DNA of 64,000 bases, from NCBI GenBank assembly GCA_029717555.1, contig JAMDHS010000003.1, positions 310,001-374,000 on the forward strand, given 5' to 3'. The translations under genes and the position numbers were made by a program. Numbering within the stretch: position 1 is the first letter of the stretch; each line of letters begins with the position of its first letter. The DNA comes from Peribolospora baueri. Its lineage: Eukaryota. The notes under the pieces were generated by a model. It saw only the letters and a list, made by a program, of their open reading frames with translations. It had not been told where the DNA came from and searched no databases. This document shows, one piece after another, positions 10,230 through 26,275 of this stretch.

Positions 10230-13200
10230 CCTGCTTTAAGCACCAAACGAAGCGGTGAGAGCCCAGGGCGAGCGCTTTTCGCGACGAGCCAGGGCAGCAC
10301 GCCGGAGACCATGCTCGCATCCCACCCGCTTCGAGAGACGGAGGAAGCGGGCGGCGTGGTGCAGCACCTCATCGTATGGGCTGTGCTAGCACCGAGTCAG
10401 AATGTCGTTGGATGCTCACAAAGGTATTGGAAAGCCCGATACCTCTGGCGGGAGGAGACGCCTGAACGTGCGGCTTGCACATCGCATGGTCGGGATCGCT
10501 CTCTTCAGCTTACCCACGTGCAAGCCGGTGTGGGCGACGTGTACGGGGCGTGGATCCGTACGGTGCGCCAGTGACCAAATTGCGTTAAAAAAGGGCTTAA
10601 GATTAGGTCTCCAGTCCGCGAGGCTACGGAGGAAAGAGAAGCTGGACGAGGGCCAAGGGGAGGCAAAGTCATCGTAAGAAGTCAAGACCCCTGAACGGCA
10701 ACCTGTAGGGGGTGCCAAGGAAACCTGCGAAGGTGGTCGGAATAGAGGACGTGCTAGACGTAGGGCCGTGAGCAGAGATGCCAACGAGAAAATGCAGAGA
10801 GAGAGCGGCAAGGACGGGAAGGCAAATGCCTCAGTGAGTCGGGTTCTGCACACGAACGGACAACGCACGACACACGACACACGGCGCAAGTCTAGACGGC
10901 CAAGTCGAGACGTCGCTGTCGGGCGGTGTCTCAAAAAGTGTAAAATGGAAATTGGGCCATGTGCACGGCACAGCAGGCCAGCAGGATAGGACGCCGAGGC
11001 GCACGGCGAGAAAACAAAGGCTCGTGGACTCAGCTGCCTCGGAGTCCGGTCAGGAAAACATCACACAGGCAAACACACGCACCGGCGACACATCCCATCG
11101 CCTCCCGTTCGTGTGCAAGGCTCCCGACGGCCAATGTGGTGCGAAGCCAAAAGCTGTGTACAGCTAGCTGTGTACGGCGCGGACACGGATGACGTCGCCG
11201 GTAACTTGCCGCAGCAGGCCGTAATGAAAGAGGGGTGCCTGGCGTATGCTACACTCTACTACACGTACGTATACTACCACGCAAACGACGGCCGTCCCAT
11301 CTGCCTCGGTCACGACGGATGGAACCCATCGTCCAAGAAATCTCAGGCTAACCATGCGCTTCATTGAGGACGCACGAGCTGTTTATTTGTCGCAATCTAA
11401 CCCTGAACGAGGCTCTTACGTGACGCCACCGTCGGCGTCAGCGTCATCGCATCGCATTGCATCGCACAACCTTGTCGACCGCATGGCACGGCTTGCGTAA
11501 CATCCGATCCGCCCCGTCGGCGGCCGGCGCTGCATAAAAGGACAGCGTGACATGCAGCGACGGGACGGTCGCCCTCTTCTTTATTTGTGCGCACTCACAT
11601 CGTCCGTTCTTGGCCGGCCGACGCCGGCGCGGCTCTTGAACACTGGTCCGACACGCTCTGAGTTTGTCGACGGAGGGCCGCGCGGCTCTTCCTCATTGCG
11701 ACCTCGATCCTAGAGCCCAGAGCCCGGTTCGTGACTCCATTCCCGGGACTCTTGGCTCGCGCTCCTGGCTGATGAGGAAAACGTACGCAAGTTCGGCACG
11801 GGGGGACGAGAGTGGAGCACTGAGCACCGCCGCATCTCGGCCGTCCGCCTGTCTTGGCGTGGAGATCGGTCCATTTGGCCACGGGGCGCGAAATGACGGA
11901 AAACCGTTTCTTGCCGCCGTTTTTTCCTCCCTCCCTGCGACGACCTGTTTCTTTCTCGTTTCTTCTTGCTGCTTTATCTTCCCTCCCCGTTGAAGACCTT
12001 TTTCTCTTGTTGGAGACCCTTTTCTCCTTGTTTTTTCATCTTCCACCGCTGATTCTTCGCCCACGCTTTTCATGCAGTCCACTCCGAATGCAAAGTTGGG
12101 GAACGGCCCATCGCCTTCCGGGATGGGAGGTTTATTCAGGGACCAGCAGCACACCATTTCTCGCTCCCGTTCCCTCCTTTACCCGCACCACGTCGTCTTG
12201 TCCCGTTCCAACTCATTTTGCTTCCTTGCGTAGACCGCGCGGGAGACGGGGCGCGTGGGGGGGGAGGGGGAGGGGAAGGGGGAGGGGAGTGGGCTCTCCC
12301 CTTCCTTGGCGAGCCACGCAATCGCTCTTTGGTGAGCGAGGCGGTCGGATGCCGGGCTGGCTGACGGCCAGGCCGCGATCGGAGGAGATGGGAGCGATAG
12401 TTCCCGTACGTGCCTACGCTCTTCTTGTAGAACTGAATTGAATCTGGATAAGTTCAAATGCTCGGAAAGGACGTCGGAGGCTCAAGAGACACTCCCCCTT
12501 GATCCCGCCTTTCTTTCCGACGACGATTTTTTTCTCTCTTCAACTCCCATGACCACCTCAGCGCGTCCTCTCTTGCACTAGAAAGGAGCTCGAGTACTCG
12601 TAGGTAAGGACGGGGGAATGCCGTAACGGCTCCTCTGGAAAGCCGAGCAACGGCACGTAAGCGTGTATGCTGGCGTCCAGCCGCTCCGTTCGCTAACCCG
12701 AGTGCCCAACATCCACCGAACAGGCTCGCTCGGCCTAGTTGGGTGCGGGTCAGAGCGCGGAGGGATCGGCGCGCACGTGCCGGCGGAGACGGAGGCTTAC
12801 GTGCGTGATGAATATGCCTGATGGTTTGTACCAAGCGCTTGGGGGAGACGAATTGCGTGTCAAGTTACGTAACGACGCTTGACTTGGGGAGAGAGGGGTA
12901 TGGTGGTGGTCGTGCTCGCTGCGAGGAGCATTCTGCCTCGCCTCGCCCAGTGCTGTGACCGGCTCTCTATGCATGTACCGTATCGTACAGTAGGGGACCG
13001 AGAATGAATACCACAGACGCCGCGACTCGGACCGTAGTGCTGGGCGAGACGACGGAGAAGACGGAATCAGGCCAAGCCCGACCCGACACCATCATCGATG
13101 ACCCGGGGCCTCCGCTCACCGTTCACCGCCGGTCACCGTCACCGCTCACACTCACAGCTCACCGCTCACAGACCCACCCGCACTCGCACTCGCACCCGCT

Positions 13201-13674
13201 CCTCCCTCGACGGAGCTCCTCCCTCGACGGGACGAGACACCGGCCGGCGGCAGTAGCGCGTCCGGCGCGGTGACCCTGGCTTGGTCCGCCTGCACTCAGA
13301 CAGGCCTCTGCTTCCGTCGCATATCCTTCCATCGCCTGTACCACTCCTCCATCCCGAGGAGCTCCACACTCCCTTTTTCTTCCATCGTCACCCTACCACA
13401 CACCTCACCCACATTCGACCCTCGACCTCGACCTTGGACGTTCACCCCCATACTTGACCCTGACCCTCGAGCCGAGGCTTGTATCGAACCGCCGACGGAC
13501 CGGCCGGTGCGCGACCTTCTCTACTTGCGCCTTTCGTTCTGGACTACCACACCACGGCGTAACACGGCTCCCTTGCCTCGCCGCTCGGCTGACCGACCTC
13601 GCCTGCGTTGGTTCGTTCGTTGGAAGCCGTCCAGCTCGAAGTCGCGCTGCTATCCATACCACGCCCCTCCGCTG

Positions 13675-16592
13675 ATGGAAGCCGGGGCGAAGAAGAGGGG
13701 CGTCAAGAGGGCGGGAGATGAGTGGGTAGGGGACGAGATAGAGGTCGACGTCGTCCGTGTGGACGTGGACTACCGGCCGAACGGTGACGACGACGATGAA
13801 CGGGAGGAGGCAAGACGAGCGCAAGTAAGAGGAGGGGGCCGGATGGAATCCTCCCGCGCTGGCTCGCGCGGGCTGCTGCGACGGCTCTGGCGAGATCCGC
13901 TTCCGCCCGCGGTGGACGGTCAAGGTATTGGGAAGGAAAGCGAGCGGAACGGAGATGGGGAGGGGTGTGCCGAGCAGCGGCAACGAGAGGTCGAACACGC
14001 CAAAGGCAAGGCCAGAGCGGCCGAGGACGAGCGAACAGACGAGGCTAGGCTTTGGGACAGGGAGAGGGAGAGGGAGATGGACAAGTCGGAGACGGCAAGC
14101 CAGGCTTCGTCGACGATGAGCGTCGATACGGTCGGCTTAGAGAAGTACTTTAAGCAGGATCGTGAGCATCTGTCCCTTTCTCCCCTCGTTTCTCCCTCTT
14201 TGTCTTTCTATCCCCATCTCTTCGGCTCTGTCTCCGCCTTGGATTCCGCATCAGCAGTGTCCACCGTTCTGCTATTTCGGGTGCTCTGGTGCTGACGCCG
14301 GACGTCATTGTTATTCGGAGGACTTGATGGCGCCACCGATCGTCATCGCACTCACCTCTCTCTCTCCTTTCTTTCTTTTTTTCGTTCTTCTCCTTTCCTT
14401 CTGCCACATACACCCTTCTCACTGACAAGGGGGCCGGCTCTTTCACAACAGCGGAGCGGCCTACTTTTTCCCATTGGACCAGGACGAGGTAGACCGGTTG
14501 GAGTTGCAACACGATGTGCGCTGTCTTTTTCCCCACCTCCGGATCTTTCCCTTCCTGCTTTGTTTTTCTTTCCCCTCTCCCGTTTCGTTCTCTCGGACGT
14601 AAGCGCCGTGCGGTAGACGCGCTGACCAACAACCATCGTCCCTCGCCCCACTCACTCAGCTCCAAAAAAAACTCATGGGCGGACAGCTGTTCCACCCCGA
14701 CCTTTCCGTCGAAAGGCTCGACTGGGGGCAAGGTCATCGACACAGTGAGTCCGTCTTTGTTTTTTTTGTTCCATTTTTCGTTCCCCTCGCCCCTATCGCT
14801 TAAGCACCCCGCTCATCTTCCCTTCTTACCCGTAAAGTCCTCGACGTAGGCACAGGCCCAGGCCTCTGGGCCTGCGAGTTCGCCGACCGCTTCCCCAACG
14901 CCACCGTCGTTGGCGTTGACGTCGTGCCCATCCAACCGAGGGACGTGCCTCCGAACGTATGGTTCGAGATCGATGACATGAACAAGCCTTGGGTGAGTGC
15001 GGTCGCGGCCAGCGGTCTGCTTCAGCGAAAGCTTGTTCTCCAGGATGGGCGGGAACGCCTCACCCGAGCCTTGACCTTGCCTACCTTACCGACGCTTGAA
15101 CTGCATCGGTCGCCGACTTGTTTCTTTCGCTCACCAAAGACGTACAAAAAAGGACGCTTTGACCTCGTCCATTGTCGAATCGTGTCGTAAGTGCCCCCGT
15201 CGGTCACTGTCAACGACGCCTTCATCCCCGTTTTCTCCCGAGCGAAAGCTCAGGTGTCGAACAATGGACCACGAACCGTTTTCCTTCTCCTATCCCCCTT
15301 CCGCCACGATCTTCTTCCAGGATGGGCATCCTTTCCTGGCCCGGCCTGATCGAACAAGTGGCGTCCTGCCTGTCCCAAGGAGGATGGGCCTACTTCGTGG
15401 AGCCCCTGTCGTACGACTATTGGAGCGATGACGGGACGGTCGGGCCCAAGGTGCGCGAGTGGCTCGGCTTGGTAAGGGAGCTTGCTAGACAGAAGGGCGT
15501 TGATCCTAGCGCGGTGAGTTCCGTTTTCCTGTACTTGTGGCCTTGGAAAAGGGATGGCGATGCTCGCTGTTCTTCAAATGGACTTGAACGCAAGGGAGAA
15601 AGCGGGGACTGACAACCGATCTTCCCCCTACTCTCCCCCCCATTTCATCTCAACGCGCGTCGTCACCGCCAAAGGGCTCGCGATTACCCTGGCTCCTGAG
15701 GGCGCACCCGCAGTTCGAGGCCGTACAGGTGAAGGAGGTGATGGTGCCCATTGGGCCTTGGATGGGTGCGTTCCGCCTGTAGCTTCTCGTTGTCCCTTTC
15801 CCTTTGCATCGGTCGCCAGCGCACACCGCGCACGTCCTAACGGCCTCCTTTCGTCATGTCCCCGGCCTGGATGCGGCACTATAATCGGACAGGCGACGCG
15901 CTGGCGAAAAGGATCGGCTTCATGGCCATGGTGAGCAGACACCGCCTTTGCTCCATGCGGTCCCCACCGGCCCTTCCGTCTCATCCCACCCTTTCTCGTT
16001 TCTCTTTCCGCGTCCACAGAAGGATTTCGTGCAGTTCCTTGAGACCTCGAGGTGCGTCTCTGCGCGTATACGTGCCCGTCGCTTCCCCGCGTTCCTCGCT
16101 CGTTCTTCGCGCATCTCCTTGCTGGTAGCGCTTCAGTCCGCCATGTCGACAGGTTTTCTGACTTGTTCTTTTGTGACACTTTGTGGACTTTCTTGCTGTC
16201 AACGTCGTCTAACTCTGACGTAGAGCGCCGCTCATGACCATGTACCTGTCTGAGAGCTAGTGAGTACTTCTGTCCGTGTTTCAACCGATCGACCAGACTG
16301 TTTCGAACTTCCTTCGTGCACCCTCTCTCACGCGTCTCGCCTTTCAATTCGTCCCGACCCGATCTTCTTGCACCTCTTCGCAACATTGGACGACTGAATC
16401 CACGCCTCCGTCAGCATCAATGACCTCCTCAACGCGGCCCGAGACGAACTCCTCGACACCTCTCGACACCAATACGCTTGTCTGATCCATTGCTGCGCCC
16501 GCAAGAAGGACCCCGCTTTATCACCCTCCGCCGCTGTCCCCGAGAGCTCTTCTGCGACCGCCGCCGCCTCCACAGGGCCGGTGGTTGCGTAG
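13675..16592 (+). CDS. SAM-dependent methyltransferase, LaeA/Tam-like, with a long charged N-terminal extension
   Basis: Spliced motifs: GRLFHNSGAAYFFPLDQDEVDRLELQH, ILDVGTGPGLWACEFADRFPNATVVGVDVVPIQP (SAM motif I), FEIDDMNKPW, FDLVHCR, GGWAYFVE, VPIGPW. Internal 3' exons are only partly resolved. Confidence 0.85.
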
Positions 16593-17401
16593 CTCGGCTT
16601 TCGTCAGCGGTGGCTCAGCTCGAAAGACGTCGGTCACAGCGGTGTTCGAACGCGCGCCTGGACGACGAGCAGCGGCCGGCTGCCATCCCTTGTGCGCTGT
16701 GCGGCGCTCGCCCATCCATGTGGAGGCTGCGTTGACTGGAAAAGACGAAGATGGTCATGGGTGCGAGGCGCGGCAGACGGCCCCGATTCGGGTCCCTTTC
16801 TCTTTCGCCGTCCGTTCGCTGTCCTTCTTCCCGCCTCGTCTTATCCTTCTCCCCTCGCCCGTGCAGTTTGGAACTGTCCGCGCCGCTCCTCCCTTCGTCC
16901 ACCATTTGTGGTCCACAATCTATCGTCCCTCCCTCCTTCATTTATGCATCCCATCTCGACCATCTCTGTTACCTATCCATCCCCCCAGCCAGCACCCTTC
17001 ATTCCTCATACCCGCATTCCTATCTCATTCCCCAACATATCATATCATATCCCGACTGGCTCTCATTCTCTCCTTCCTCTGTCTTTCCACTCCTTCCATC
17101 CTTGGACGGGCAGCTCTTGTGAGTGTCTGTTTTTTCGTTCCTCAGCCTCCCCTCTCTTCTTCGGCCTTTTCGCATGTCCGTATGACGACAAGAGAAGTCG
17201 CGACGAGAAGAGAGCGAATCGAATCGAATCGAATCGAATGGGAGCCGGAACGGGAGCTGGTGGCGAGGTCAACGGAGTTAGGCGGACCTCGCCACCGAGC
17301 AGAACCACCGCCGGTCAGTTTGTCGGTCGGTGGACTTGCTCCCTGATCATCATCATCATCAGCAAACAACAACCGGCAAGAAGGAGAGGGAGGTCGTCGC
17401 C

Positions 17402-17884
17402 ATGACCCGTGAGTATCGACTGAGGGAGGATCCGCTCTGTCCCTCCGATTTCATGGACGTGATCGCCGGCGGAGGTGAAGGGCGCTGGAGGCTCAATCTT
17501 CCTTCTTCCCTGCTCTCCCCCCTCCCCGCAGGCGGCAATCAGCGCGAGCAGGACCGCCTGAAGAACCAGAAAAAGCAGCAGGCCAACGCGAAGAAGCCCA
17601 AAGAGAGCAACAGTTCCCTCGCCAAGCGCAGGGAGGCCGATGCGGACATCCTGAGGCAGAAGCAGGCGGTGAGTCGCGCTCGGATGGCGGCGGGCTTTGT
17701 CGATCTTTTGAGACGCTGAGAGCGTCATCTCCGCATGACAAACTTACGCTACCCTGCCTTCCTGCCACCTCATCTATCCTTGTCGCATTCTCCATCCTAT
17801 CCGCCTTCTTCTTCACAGAAAGCTGAAGCGGCCAGAATGGCTGGAGCGACTAGCGGTGAACCGCCGACTGCCAAAAAGAAGTAG
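17402..17884 (+). CDS. SERF/4F5 family small EDRK-rich protein
   Basis: MTR|GNQREQDRLKNQKKQ...RREADADILRQKQA|KAEAARMAG...KKK*. Canonical MTRGNQRE start and DAxIMRxKQ-like motif; 3 exons. Confidence 0.85.
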
Positions 17885-18488
17885 AGGTTGGAAGGGCAGG
17901 CATCTTGAAGGATGGGGGGGAAACTTTGTACGGCCGGGTGATAGATATCGTGTGAGCGGTGCCAGGAAAGGGAGGGCAGGGAGATGTGGATAACGGCCAG
18001 TGGTGAGGTAGGACGTTGGAGCGGCCGGTCTGGGTCCTTATGGTACGCCGTCATCACGTCCGGCACCTAGTTTAACTCTCCCTCTTAGATTTTTTTTCAG
18101 TTTTCAGCGAGAATGGAATTGACTCCCATTACTTCGCCGCTTTCACCCATTGCCTCCTTTGAGTTTCGGCAGTCAATTTCTAGATGCCTGGTACCAACTG
18201 CGGTATGGTTGAGAATCGCATGCACGCGCTGACGCTTTTAAGCTTTGACGAACTTGGAGAAAGACGAGTAGTGTCTGAAGGGGGGGGTCTTTCTGAAGGA
18301 GTGTCGGCTGCGAGATTTTGAATCGAATGAAGACACTCGATTGTCAAAATTGAAGATGGCGCCGATATGGCTTGTCTGCATGTCTGGCGATCATTATCTC
18401 TACAGGTTGGTCACGCGACGAACATGTGGAAAAGATGTGGTGAGGTTGGACGGGTGGAGGGGTGAATGGAGCAGTGCTAGGGAATCGC

Positions 18489-20973
18489 TCAGTTGTACGT
18501 CTGTAGGGAGGAGAATGATGCGTCAGTATCGTCGAGCAAGAGCCGAGTGCATAGCTGACAGCGAACGCTAGCGAAGAGTGCGAGCGCCATCCAAAATGCT
18601 GGGACGACCTCAGGTTTCCAGACCTTGGAGACACTCACTGCGTAAAGCCCGGTGGAAGAGAACTTCTGACCCTGCCTGACGACCTTCTCGACGGCGTCGA
18701 GGAAGTCGCGCTCCGTGGCCATCTTGCGCCGTGCGCGAATAGCAAACATGCCGGCCTGTTTTCGGTGCCAAGGTAGTGAGAAAAAAAGGATTAACGAATG
18801 CAACGAACCGACATTATCGAGACGGACCCGGAGCAGGTGCTGTGCAGGAGCAGTAACCATCCGGTCAGCTCGATTTGCTTACTCACCTCTGTAGCAACGC
18901 TTCGGAGTTCAGCACCGGTAGTGTTAGGGCAGAGGCGAGCGATGAGGTCGAAGCGAATGTCGCGCTCGACGGACATGCTACGCGCGTGGATGCGGAGGAT
19001 GTGCGCCCTTCCCTCATTGTCCGGCAAGGAGAACTCTACCCGGCGGTCCAAACGGCCTGGGCGGAGAAGGGCGGGGTCGAGGGTGTCGGGCCTGGTTGTC
19101 CGCAGGGGGGCGTGCGGTGCGTGTGGGCGTGGTGGTCGGTTCAGCGAGGGAACGTATTCGGCCTTAAAGACACGCCACAAGACACATTAATCCTGCTTAC
19201 CTATTGGTGGCCATGAGAACCTTGATGTTTCCCCTTGGATCAAATCCGTCTAGCTGGTTGATCAATTCCAGCATAGTCCTCTGTACCTCATTGTCCCCGC
19301 CAGCGCCATCATCAAACCTCGCTCCGCCAATCGCGTCCACTTCGTCGAAAAAGATGATGCACGCCTTCTTCGTCCTCGCCATCTCGAACAGCTCGCGCAC
19401 CATCCGAGCTCCCTCGCCGACGTACTTCTGCACCAGCTCTGAACCGATCACTCGAATGAACGTCGCGTCCGTTCGGTTCGCTACCGCCCGCGCGCACAGT
19501 GTCTTGCCCGTTCCGGGAGGGCCGTAGAGCAGGATGCCCTTCGGAGGGTCGATGCCAAGGTTGACGAAACGCTCCGGCTGGACAGCGATAATCACAGAAT
19601 GTTGAGCCAATGTGTTAAAAGGCAGCACGGCTGAGAACACACTCACGTTCAGCAACGGCGTCTCGACGACCTCCCTGAGCTTCTCGATCTGCTCCTTGCA
19701 CCCGCCCACATCGCCGTACGTCACGTCCGGCTTCTCCTCGACCTGCATCATCGTCACCGACGGGTCGATCTTCGGCGGAAGCGGTATTTGAATCTGGTAC
19801 TTGTTTCGGTCCACACTGCGTCGCGATAGTCGGTCAGGCGCCGAGGAAAGATTAGGACAAGGTACGTGCCGGTTAAAGCCACACCACAAGTGTCTTGTCT
19901 CAGCGGCTTGAACACTCACCCGACTCTCATACCCTCCTCAATATCCGTTGGAGCTACTCTTTCGCCGAGGCCGACAACAAACTTTGCGATCTGCTTAACA
20001 TTGATGACGTACTTGTCCTGCTCCTCCGCATTCGGCTGGTGCTGCCCTCCCAAGCCCCCCAACCCGCCCATGCCTCCTAGCGCGCCAGGGATGCCACCCG
20101 CGGCGCTTCCAGCGGCAGTGTCTCCGGACTGAGCGCCCTCGGGACCCTCTGCTTTGATGATCTTGGTGCATCGTGCTACTTGTAGCGGCTGCTCTGTGCT
20201 CATCCGTGCCTTGTCCACTGGAATGTCCCATAGGTTCGGAGGTGCGAGCCCCGTGTCGGACTCTTTCACGCCTAGAGTCCGAGAAGAAAGGGGGAAGTGT
20301 CAGCTTGAATGGGCGAACCGCCCATCGACAAAACTGGCGTATGACTGCGGAAGGAGCGACGCACCCATTCGCTCGTCCACGCGCTTCTGCACCTCCTTGA
20401 TCTCCTGCTCAATCTTCTTCAGACGGATGGCGTATGGCCCTTGACCCTGTGGAACGGAAAAAACGAACAGAGCGAATGGTCGGTGTGAAACGTCAAATTC
20501 TGAAGAGAGGGGCTCTAGTGGGATATTCACGTAAGTCTTGAGCAGTTGAATATCGCCTTCGTCGAGAGCTGCAAAGGGGAGTAGAGAGAAGATTAAAGAA
20601 GGAGGTCGCGTAAATATGTTGCCCGTTTGGCTACTACGAAAACCTAACAGTTGGCTCCTTTGTACAGATGGCTGCAACTCACCTACGATCTTCTCATCAT
20701 CCTTCTGATCCGCCTTCTTCTCCCCTAATACACGAAAACAGGAGACAAAATGATGCGTGAGTATAAACCGCGCCGGCTGCCGTCGCCGAGCACCCCAGAC
20801 CGTACATAGTAGTTTGAAACTCACACTTCTCCCAGTCACTATCAGCGTATCAGCGGTGCATGAGGCGAGGCCAATAGACCCGGCACGAGGACAAGGTCAG
20901 CGTTAATCCGGGCACGGCAATGCACACGACAACGCAGAGGCTAGAAAAAAATCCCTCACGCCTTTGGTGGCAT
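18489..20973 (-). CDS. RPT1: 26S proteasome regulatory AAA ATPase subunit 7 (Rpt1/PSMC2)
   Basis: [27 protein letters not shown], Walker A GPPGTGKT, Walker [32 protein letters not shown]-terminus [12 protein letters not shown]. Confidence 0.97.
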
Positions 20974-21132
20974 ATTGAAGTGGCTCTGGAAGCGACGCGA
21001 ATATAAAAGAGGAACGGGAGAGGGAAACTCGATGGGTGGCGATAAGGAGGCGGATGGTGAGCTCAAGCAAGAAGCATTTACCGACCCGGCCGTCGGTCGA
21101 GTGATCGGAGCTGACGCGTTGTCCGGTGGTAT

Positions 21133-21148
21133 AGTAGGGTTATATAAC
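21133..21148. promoter_or_regulatory. bidirectional promoter element: TAGGGTTA overlapping the palindromic GTTATATAAC
   Basis: Lies at the centre of the 333-bp RPT1/VMA1 head-to-head spacer. The 12-mer AGTAGGGTTATA recurs upstream of RPP1. Confidence 0.5.
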
Positions 21149-21306
21149 TGCGGCACAGGGATGGCCCAAGCCGCACACGCCCGCCGATCACTCCGCCCAC
21201 AGATGGGGGGCCAAGGACTGATTAGCGGACCATACCTCGAAGCGCACCGACTACCGCCTTCTTCTGCTGCTCGTTTTTGCATTTCTTTGTTTCCCTTACA
21301 TTTATC

Positions 21307-24709
<3,403 letters not shown>

Positions 24710-24906
24710 TCGCCTGCGTCCCTGGTCCCCTCCGACACCTTTCTCATGTCTCTCCTTCCTTACGACTCGCACTATCATGCCCACGCCAGCTCTACACTGT
24801 GTATTTCCGATCGAAAGATGAATTAGGCCGCTATTCCAGAATCCTTGGGTTGGGTTGAATGAAATGCGGGGCCCACATAGTGCTCCGTGCAACGGAGAGC
24901 AAGGAG

Positions 24907-24968
24907 AGTAGGGTTATAATAGAGAGAAATTGTACAGAGCACGACTTCGCCCTTGTAGGGTTAGGGTT
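24907..24968 (+). promoter_or_regulatory. telomere-repeat-like (TTAGGG/telo-box) elements in a ribosomal protein promoter
   Basis: AGTAGGGTTATA at 24907-24918 and GTAGGGTTAGGGTT at 24955-24968, about 120-180 bp upstream of the RPP1 ATG. Confidence 0.55.
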
Positions 24969-25087
24969 CCAAACTGCTCGCCGTCGCCGCAGCACATACG
25001 AGTCCTTCGTCCAAGCTTTGGCCATGCTGGGATTTGCGATTCTCTTTCTTCTTCTCCTCAATCTCGAATCCGTAGACTCTAGCGAAA

Positions 25088-25819
25088 ATGGTGAGTAGGG
25101 CATCTACTTGATTTTGGGACTCGCTCTGCGTCGCTTCCCTGCTGGCGTGCATCAGCCGTTGGGATGTGGATGTCTGGGCTGCTCGCTGGTATCGGCATAT
25201 GCGAGGGGCTGGACGGAGATGTAGGAAGGTTGACAGTTGCCCAACAGTACGGGAGACAGGGGACAAAAGGGCTGGAGGGGGCGTCATAGGTGTTGCGCTC
25301 GAGCCTATAATGGTGTTCATACGCTTACCATTTTCCACCTCGGTTTTATACGTCGTCTGGCGGGCTTTTTCAGGCCTCCACTGAGCTCGCCTCCACCTAC
25401 GCCGCCCTGATTCTCGCGGACGAGGGTCTCGAGATCACTGTGAGTAATGTTACCTAACCGTCGGTCTCGGCCCCATCGGTCCATTGCTAGGGCACGTGTT
25501 TTTTGTGTCGACTGCCTGATCTGACCCATCTTGTGGCACACTCAACCAAAAGTCCGAGAAGATTGTGACCCTCACCGACGCCGCCGGCACGCCTATCGAA
25601 CCCATCTGGGCCACCCTCCTGGCCAAGGCCCTCGAGGGCAAGGACGTGAAGGAACTCCTCAGCAACGTCGGTGGCGGCGGTGCTGCCGCTCCCGTCGCTG
25701 GAGCCGGTGCTGGTGGCGCTGCTGCCCCCGCGGCTGCTGCTGAGGAGAAGGAGGAGAAGAAGGAGGAGAAGGAGGAGGAGGAGTCTGACGACGACATGGG
25801 CTTCGGTCTCTTCGACTAA
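25088..25819 (+). CDS. RPP1: 60S acidic ribosomal protein P1
   Basis: [30 protein letters not shown]...[21 protein letters not shown]...[14 protein letters not shown]. Confidence 0.97.
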
Positions 25820-26275
25820 GCGCGTCTTGTGAGTCATAAGAAGTCTTTTTGCACTCATGGTGATTTGTCCGACCTTCTGACTCGCCGCCGTACTCGCCTC
25901 AATTTCTCTGGTCGTCGCATACAGGCCAGGTCTCTTTCTGTACCATTCCTTCGCATGTACTCCTACTCCCTCATAGGCACCATGCAACTTCTCTGACCCC
26001 CCATGGCACTCTCGTCTTAGTCGCTTCGTTGTTTACTGCCGCCGTCCAGCTGTCGGGACTGGTCGTCTCCAAGTCGGGGAACAACACATTCAGAGGAAGC
26101 TTTTTGTTCCTGACCGTTCTCCCGCATTAGGATCGGCCCTGTCCCGCATGGAGCTCGTTCTATCAATGGCGCAATGGCGGGACATGTCTAGAAAGTATTA
26201 CACGATGATCGCCACCAGTGAATCCGGCGAGTTCTCTCTCAATTCGCAGTGCTGCACCAACTTTGACCGAAGTAA

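Noticed and set aside
10847..10853. Metal-response-element-like TGCACAC upstream of the laccase
   Set aside because: A single degenerate 7-mer, not distinguishable from chance.
21035..21042. GGTGGCGA resembling the Rpn4 PACE element near RPT1
   Set aside because: Imperfect match to GGTGGCAAA, short, likely within the 5' UTR, and expected by chance in GC-rich DNA.
25091..25373. Intronic snoRNA in the long first intron of RPP1
   Set aside because: No RTGATGA/CTGA box pair or convincing H/ACA structure seen.
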